A stretch of 13,790 nt of DNA, from the NCBI GenBank assembly GCA_965372795.1, contig CBDVDR010000032.1:1-13790 (forward strand), read 5' to 3'. This stretch comes from an uncultured bacterium (GTDB taxonomy: Bacteria; Zixibacteria; MSB-5A5; GN15; FEB-12). The notes beneath the pieces were generated by a model. The model had not been told where the DNA came from and searched no databases. It saw nothing but the letters and a program-made list of their open reading frames with translations. The position numbers and the translations under genes are program-made. Below are positions 9,956-13,790 of the stretch, one piece after another (position 1 is the stretch's first letter; each line of letters opens with the position of its first letter).

Positions 9956-11023
9956 TCAATTAGGCAGAGAATCTCCAAATGGTGCAAACAGAATAGAGTC
10001 ATTATTTATATGCAAATAGAGATTATTAAAACTATTAAAATCTTCTATATATTTATCGATTAGAGGCTGCATATCAATTACTCTGGTCTCATGGATTAGC
10101 GCATCGCAGTCATCTTCATCTCCAAACTCAAGAACGTAAAGATTAGCAGAGCGAGGGAATATTGCTCCAAAAAAACCAGCTGGAGACAAATATGTTGGGA
10201 AATAATGTTCGACACACCCACCGCTTCGGGTTAAATCAATTTTAAGATATTTACCAAAAACCCTAACCGAATCAATCACTGGAGCAGTTTGCATCTCAAC
10301 CCAGCTTCCATTTGTTAGAAGAATCTCGCTATCAGCATACATCGGAGAAGTTATTTTTTTAACAGCGATTGTCGCATAAGGCATATCAACCGGGTTCATA
10401 CTCATATTATTAGGATATGGATTCAGAGCTAGCAATGTAAATCTATATCCAAAAACTTCAATAGGAATTCCCTGATATCCATCAGCAAAAAGAACATATC
10501 CCATAATCGGCATTACTAACTGGTGCGAACTTTCATTTAATTCAATTGTGATAGCAATTTCAGCCATCCCTTCCCAGAAACAGAATACTCCAATCGGGCA
10601 GCGGTTGTCCTGAATTACCGAATCAAAAGTTATGTGCATATCAAGTGAATCCAGATAAACTGAATTTCCGATAACTATATTTGCGATATGCGTACTATCT
10701 GGTAAAATATCTGATTCACAATTAATAGGAGCAGGACCATTTAGAAACATATAATCCACAAGATAGGTAATATCTTTAATATCAATCAGCTGATCACCAT
10801 CATTATTAACATCAGCTTGATCAGGACAAGGCGGGGCAGGACCTCCGAGGAAGAAGTAGTTTACCAGATACAAAACATCAGAAATATTTATCGAATTACT
10901 TCCGCCATTATAATCGACATCACCACGCTGAATACAACAGCTTTGCGAAATTACTGAGGATGGTAGAATGCAAAATAGTATCAGTACTAATATTATGATT
11001 TTAAATTTATGTAAAAAATACAT
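9956..11023 (-). CDS. Secreted protein with N-terminal type I dockerin-like domain and two Cys-motif domains
   Basis: Signal peptide; duplicated Ca-loop/helix repeats RGDVDYNG..NISDVLYLVNYFF and ADVNNDG..DIKDITYLVDYMF; then DNRCPIGVFCFWEG and SGGCVEH...DDCDAL motifs; SD GGAGG. Confidence 0.85.
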   Translation of the reverse strand: MYFLHKFKIIILVLILFCILPSSVISQSCCIQRGDVDYNGGSNSINISDVLYLVNYFFLGGPAPPCPDQADVNNDGDQLIDIKDITYLVDYMFLNGPAPINCESDILPDSTHIANIVIGNSVYLDSLDMHITFDSVIQDNRCPIGVFCFWEGMAEIAITIELNESSHQLVMPIMGYVLFADGYQGIPIEVFGYRFTLLALNPYPNNMSMNPVDMPYATIAVKKITSPMYADSEILLTNGSWVEMQTAPVIDSVRVFGKYLKIDLTRSGGCVEHYFPTYLSPAGFFGAIFPRSANLYVLEFGDEDDCDALIHETRVIDMQPLIDKYIEDFNSFNNLYLHINNDSILFAPFGDSLPN

Positions 11024-11085
11024 AGAGATAAGACCTCCAATATCTGGTTAAAAAGAGGTGGTGGCGAATTTATATTATACACTAA

Positions 11086-11114
11086 TATATACATTATTAG
11101 TCAGTTTTTGTCAA
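11086..11114 (-). promoter_or_regulatory. Putative sigma70 promoter for the dockerin gene
   Basis: Minus strand TTGACA-17 bp-TATATA; a perfect TATAAT also lies at 11074-11079. Confidence 0.45.
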
Positions 11115-11297
11115 TATTATTAAGTTTTGATATAATGAGACCGTCATAGATTACTTTTATAAATTTGAGAAAACAATCTTAATTGTAATTTATTAACACA
11201 TTCTGAGATTCAGAATTAATTTTCAATTTTACCTGAAAGTGATTGATAAGTTGTTTATTCTGACTACATTAGCACAAACTACTTAATTAGTAATATT

Positions 11298-12656
11298 ATG
11301 GATAAGAATCAGAAAGTTGATAAAATAACAGAAGGTCCGATTTCAAAATCGGTCATATCACTCGCCTTACCGGTCGCTATCGGGATGCTGTTTGAATTCG
11401 CATTGCACAGTACTGATTATTTCTGGGTTGGCAAACTCGGATCAACCGCCCAGGATGCGGTTACTACCACTATGGTAATAGCCTGGTCGGTGTTTTCATT
11501 CTTTTCACTGGTAACAGTCGGAATAACAGCAATTATAGCTCGCCATGTGGGCGCCCGTGATTTTGATACCGCCAAACATTTTGTTCGGCAGGGCGTTTCG
11601 ATGGCAATTATTTTAGGAGTGATAATTACTTTTGCAGGTTATTTCTTATCTCCAATTTTAATAAAATTTATGGGAGCAAGTGACAAAACTTATGAAATCG
11701 CGGTTCCGTATATCCGAGTATTCTTTCTGGCTGCTGTTATTTATTTTGTCATGGAAACTCTATATGCAATCTTCAGAGCAACCGGCGATACAAAGACCCC
11801 TACTAAAATTGGCATTGGAGTAGTTTTATGTAATCTTATTTTAGATCCGTTATTAATCTTTGGATATGGACCTTTTCCGGAATGGGGCGTGACCGGGGCA
11901 AGTATCGCTTCGGCAATCTCTGTGTTTGGCGGCTTAGTCGCTGTTCTGATAAAATTAAAACAGGGTGGATTAGGTTTTAAAGTTGATCGAATTTTCAAGA
12001 CAATTCCAATTTTTAAAGATATTGCCAAAATTGGAAAAATCGGATTGCCGATGTCATCCCAGCAGTTAGTATTTGTTTCTGTCTATTGGTTTTTAATTAG
12101 AATTGTTCATGAGTTCGGCGAGTCAGCCGGAGCTGCGATGGGAATTGGCAATCGGATGGAATCTTTTTCATATCTGATGGCGTTCGGTTTTTCAGTAGCA
12201 GCCTCAACCATGGTTGGTCAAAACCTCGGCGCAAAAAAACCGGATCGAGCCGAACGTTGTGTCTGGGTAACAACCGGAGTTGCTCTATCAATAACATTTG
12301 TAATTACGATTTTGTTTTTGACTATCCCGGAACTTATTGCCGGAATATTTACCTCAGACGATGTCGTTCTCAAAATTGCCGCAGACTATTTAATTATTCT
12401 TGGATTATCTCAGGGAGCGATGGTTATTGAAATTGTGCTTGAGGGCGCCTTCAGCGGAGCGGGTGATACTATTCCGCCGATGATTGTGATGATCCCCGGG
12501 GCAATTATTAGAATTCCGCTGGCATATTATTTGGCTTTTGATCTGGGCTGGGGTATAAATGGTGTCTGGTGGACCTTGACTATCACCTCGATTATCAAGG
12601 CTGCCGTTTTAGCCGTTTGGTTCAAAAAAGGAAACTGGAAATTAAAAGAGGTATAA
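11298..12656 (+). CDS. MATE family efflux transporter
   Basis: 452 aa, about 12 TM; motifs ITEGPI..LALP, RATGDTKTP, NLILDPLLIFG, GVTGASIAS, MVGQNLGA, GAGDT. Confidence 0.95.
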   Translation: MDKNQKVDKITEGPISKSVISLALPVAIGMLFEFALHSTDYFWVGKLGSTAQDAVTTTMVIAWSVFSFFSLVTVGITAIIARHVGARDFDTAKHFVRQGVSMAIILGVIITFAGYFLSPILIKFMGASDKTYEIAVPYIRVFFLAAVIYFVMETLYAIFRATGDTKTPTKIGIGVVLCNLILDPLLIFGYGPFPEWGVTGASIASAISVFGGLVAVLIKLKQGGLGFKVDRIFKTIPIFKDIAKIGKIGLPMSSQQLVFVSVYWFLIRIVHEFGESAGAAMGIGNRMESFSYLMAFGFSVAASTMVGQNLGAKKPDRAERCVWVTTGVALSITFVITILFLTIPELIAGIFTSDDVVLKIAADYLIILGLSQGAMVIEIVLEGAFSGAGDTIPPMIVMIPGAIIRIPLAYYLAFDLGWGINGVWWTLTITSIIKAAVLAVWFKKGNWKLKEV

Positions 12657-12719
12657 ATTTTAATTTGATTATATATGTTCTCTAAGTTTAATTTAATGAG
12701 AATTAATTAAGGAAATATA

Positions 12720-13490
12720 ATGATTAAGAAAATCGTTAGATGTTTTGATAAAAAAAATGATAATATTTTCTATGGCTCATTAGAAGATGACACAATTACA
12801 ATAATTGATGATTCTACCGAGGGTGATTCATCATCATCTGAGATTTTTGTTTTAGATGATAACATTCAGTTACTGGCTCCGGTTGAGCCGTCAAAAATTG
12901 TCTGTATCGGTTTGAACTATCATGCTCATGTGAAAGCTTCTTATTCAGCCGATGAGGCACCGGAAAGACCACTTATTTTTCTGAAACCGTCTTCGTCTCT
13001 GATTGGACCGGAAGAAAAAATTATCCATCCCGATCAAAGCGAACGGGTCGACTATGAAGCTGAACTTGGCTTAGTTATCGGTCGTAAAGCAAAAAATGTA
13101 TCAGAAGCAGAAGCTGATGACTATATTTTTGGTTTTACCTGTGTAAATGATGTCACCGCGCGCGATCTTCAAAAAAAAGATGGTCAATGGTCACGAGCAA
13201 AAGGTTTTGATACTTTTTGTCCGGTTGGTCCCTGGATTGTAACAGGTTTGGATTATAAAGATATTCTTGTTGAAGGAATCCTAAACGATAAAGTCATGCA
13301 ATCCGGTCGAACCTCACAAATGATTTTCCCAATACCATTTTTGATAAGTTATCTTTCATCAATTATGACCCTTTATCCGGGAGACTTGATATCAACCGGA
13401 ACTCCGGCAGGAATCGCACCAATGAAATCAGGTGATAAAATTGAAGTAAAGATTGAAAATGTCGGCTCCCTTGTAAACTATATGGCGTAA
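12720..13490 (+). CDS. Fumarylacetoacetate hydrolase family protein
   Basis: PSKIVCIGLNY, DYEAEL, NDVTARDLQ, AKGFDTFCPVGP, PGDLISTGTPAG. Confidence 0.96.
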   Translation: MIKKIVRCFDKKNDNIFYGSLEDDTITIIDDSTEGDSSSSEIFVLDDNIQLLAPVEPSKIVCIGLNYHAHVKASYSADEAPERPLIFLKPSSSLIGPEEKIIHPDQSERVDYEAELGLVIGRKAKNVSEAEADDYIFGFTCVNDVTARDLQKKDGQWSRAKGFDTFCPVGPWIVTGLDYKDILVEGILNDKVMQSGRTSQMIFPIPFLISYLSSIMTLYPGDLISTGTPAGIAPMKSGDKIEVKIENVGSLVNYMA

Positions 13491-13501
13491 AAGATTCCGA
13501 T

Positions 13502-13790
13502 ATGACTGAAAGATTATATTATAAAGATCCGGGATTGATTGAATTTGAAGGTGAAATTATATCCTCTATATCTGTTGAAGGTCAATTTCAAACAATACTA
13601 AACCGAACCGCATTTTATCCGACCTCAGGCGGGCAACTTCATGATCTTGGTTTGCTGAATAAAATAGAGATTTTGGATGTCATTGAAGATAATGATAAAA
13701 ACATTCTGCATATTAACAATGAACCAATAGGAGAAAAAGGGTACATAGATTCATGGCAAATTGATTCTGACAATCGCTGGAGAAATCGCC
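13502..13790 (+). CDS. Alanyl-tRNA editing protein (AlaX-like), partial, runs off the window
   Basis: Manual translation MTERLYYKDP...LNRTAFYPTSGGQLHDLG...ILH...ID...R matches the AlaX/AlaRS-related N-terminus. Missing from the ORF track because there is no stop in the window. Confidence 0.9.
   Translation, partial: MTERLYYKDPGLIEFEGEIISSISVEGQFQTILNRTAFYPTSGGQLHDLGLLNKIEILDVIEDNDKNILHINNEPIGEKGYIDSWQIDSDNRWRNR

Noticed and set aside
4397..12297. Shadow ORFs 4397-4693, 5267-5464, 6685-6888, 6754-6984, 6999-7202, 9223-9450, 9463-9681, 11741-12028, 12097-12297
   Set aside because: They overlap better-supported genes, antisense or out of frame, and show no recognisable motifs.

Overview
The window holds the 3' part of a bacterial rRNA operon: the end of 16S, tRNA-Ile(GAT), tRNA-Ala(TGC), 23S, 5S and a terminator (1-4356). 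An AT-rich accessory tract follows (~4360-8790), encoding a DUF2784 protein, a small GIY-YIG-like protein coupled to a trypsin-like protease, a PilZ protein and a Zn-peptidase lipoprotein. After that come an orphan PstS-like protein, a dockerin-domain secreted protein, and a housekeeping-like block (MATE transporter, FAH-family hydrolase, partial alanyl-tRNA editing protein). The Cys-flanked dockerin style suggests candidate division Zixibacteria, from recollection only and unverified. The most unusual non-coding structures are: (i) an ~80-bp direct duplication of the 5S 3' end plus terminator that brackets a 718-bp unit holding one gene and one repeat, an att-like layout with no integrase; (ii) three copies of a two-hairpin REP-like element whose inner hairpins covary; (iii) a CACAC-NNN-GTGTG mini-hairpin shared by that element and a separate 36-bp repeat cluster, with the loop flipped (TTC vs GAA).
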